Source: Candidatus Saccharimonadales bacterium (GTDB taxonomy: Bacteria > Patescibacteriota > Saccharimonadia > Saccharimonadales > UBA10212). From it: 64,000 nt of DNA. Positions 62,935 through 64,000 of the stretch are shown here, piece after piece; the first letter of the stretch is position 1; each line of letters starts with the position of its first letter. Where the stretch lies: assembly GCA_035480715.1 (NCBI GenBank), contig DATIHL010000015.1, forward strand, positions 8,384 through 72,383, given 5' to 3'. The notes under the pieces are model-generated. The model was not told the origin of the DNA. It made no database searches and worked only from the letters and a program-made list of their open reading frames with translations. The translations under genes and the position numbers were made by a program.

Positions 62935-64000
62935 CTATCCGATAATTTTCTTTTTTGACATTTCTTGGCGATATTTCTTCTCGGGCAAGAGCTTTTCGCC
63001 GGCATAAAGCACATGGTCAACTTTGCCTGACTTATCAAACTTAAATTCCACTGTCTCACCCTCGGAACCAAAGCTGTCTGTCTTTGCAATCCTAAACTTA
63101 TTGCCTGCTAAATGTTCAAGTTCATTAGGCTCATTGAATGGTTCCCAGCTGTCTGCATTTATACTGAGTAGTTTTTTACCCATTGGTACGATGTCTGCGC
63201 CGTACCAAAGACCCTCATAACGCCCAGCATATTTAAGAAGGCTAGCATCCGTAGGTTCATCGTTGTTAAGACCGTAATCAATAGTTTTTGCGATGCTAAG
63301 GGCAATCCTAGACGCTGCACTACTAAGAGCGTTGGTCAGTACAACAATTACGAATTTATCTTTAGGGTCAAAAAAGCTCTTAGTGATATGTCCCGGAAAG
63401 CCGCCGGGATGCCCAATTAACTTCCGGTCATTTATATATTCAAGTTCAAAGCCAAGACCATACTCTTCTCGCTCATCAATATTCTCGACTCGCCATTGGG
63501 ATCTTTGCATCTCTTTTTTAAATTCATCGTCGAGCAGCTTGCCGGAACCGACCATTTGGGCATTAAAATATTTACAAAGGTCTTCAGCTGTTGAGCAAAA
63601 GCCAGTGGCCGGTGACATCGCTCTTGTGTCAATTTGCTTAATGGGCAGGCGTTTCTTATGCTGGTCTATCCTAGAGTAGCCAGTAACTAACCGATCCATA
63701 ATGTCTGCGGAAATCTCTGGCCTGGTATACTTGAGCCCGAGCGGTTTTATAATGTTGTCGGTGACATATTTATTATAGGAATTCCCGGAAACGCCTTCGA
63801 CAATTAGGCCAAGTAGCGAATAGCCGTAGTTGGAATATTTCATTTTTGTATTGGTATCTAAAACAAGCCCTGATTCCAAAACGTCCTTCATTAATCGTTC
63901 TTTATCCGGAAAAGGAGCATGCAGCGACCAGTAATCCTTACTCAGACCGTCCCTGACAAGCCCAGCACCGTGCGAAAGCAGCTGGCGAATTGTGACCTTC
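62935..64000 (-). CDS. Serine hydrolase of the beta-lactamase (class C-like) family; N-terminus lies outside the window
   Basis: The frame stays open upstream of the track start (63891) to the window edge. My translation of 63999-63892 is KVTIRQLLSHGAGLVRDGLSKDYW..., the typical family motif. No SxxK is visible inside the window. Confidence 0.8.
   Translation of the reverse strand, partial: KVTIRQLLSHGAGLVRDGLSKDYWSLHAPFPDKERLMKDVLESGLVLDTNTKMKYSNYGYSLLGLIVEGVSGNSYNKYVTDNIIKPLGLKYTRPEISADIMDRLVTGYSRIDQHKKRLPIKQIDTRAMSPATGFCSTAEDLCKYFNAQMVGSGKLLDDEFKKEMQRSQWRVENIDEREEYGLGFELEYINDRKLIGHPGGFPGHITKSFFDPKDKFVIVVLTNALSSAASRIALSIAKTIDYGLNNDEPTDASLLKYAGRYEGLWYGADIVPMGKKLLSINADSWEPFNEPNELEHLAGNKFRIAKTDSFGSEGETVEFKFDKSGKVDHVLYAGEKLLPEKKYRQEMSKKKIIG

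Noticed and set aside
1-64000. I scanned for CRISPR arrays, rRNA genes, IS elements or transposases, and canonical RNase P P4, SRP domain IV and tmRNA signatures.
   Set aside because: I could not recognise any regularly spaced repeat-spacer array, any rRNA-like segment, any transposase or integrase motif, or the strings GGAAAGTCC, GGAAGCAGC-type or tRNA-like tmRNA ends. Absence by eye is not proof, and a covariance-model scan is still needed.

Overview
This is a 64-kb chromosomal window with about 70 tightly packed genes on both strands. It uses the standard genetic code: TAA, TAG and TGA each terminate long, well-supported ORFs. The gene content suggests a small-genome Patescibacteria/CPR organism, possibly Saccharimonadia-like, but that taxonomic guess is inference only. 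It rests on a class E sortase, PEGA and DUF3048 envelope proteins, a VirD4-like ATPase without TM segments, a sigma-r4/HARE-HTH protein, pilin-like genes, and sparse metabolism mixed with glycosidases. Housekeeping genes I recognise are smpB, xth, gltX, der, pth, dprA, topA, tRNA-Leu(CAA) and tRNA-Glu(CUC). There is a compact minus-strand dcw cluster (mraZ, rsmH, ftsL-like, ftsI-type PBP, mraY, ftsW, murG, ftsQ-like). Other content includes three GT2 glycosyltransferases with a GtrA-like protein and a GH5-like hydrolase, a fused UvrD-type helicase/PD-(D/E)XK nuclease, an HNH endonuclease, a thermonuclease, a Y-family polymerase, a PAS histidine kinase with a REC-only regulator, pyrD-pyrC with a divergent pyrB-like gene, GH1, AKR, NYN and a TasA-like protein. 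I found no rRNA, CRISPR array, transposase or integrase. The most interesting items are: (1) a G+C-rich, ORF-free, about 370-nt structured element upstream of dprA with RNase-P-like specificity-domain strings but no recognisable P4 core; (2) a two-gene pilin-like cassette bracketed by a divergent duplicate of the ftsQ 3' end; (3) a hairpin-rich leader, small ORF and Y-family polymerase module next to tRNA-Glu; (4) a sigma-r4/HARE-HTH plus TM-less VirD4-like ATPase gene pair; (5) a 594-nt gene-free convergent spacer containing an 87-nt extended hairpin and phased GAACA direct repeats; (6) four phased GTGGGTA boxes upstream of mraZ; (7) an amber-interrupted deoxyribosyltransferase-like gene beside a tandem-domain ThyX-like gene. 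All function calls come from my reading of the translated motifs. No database search was run.
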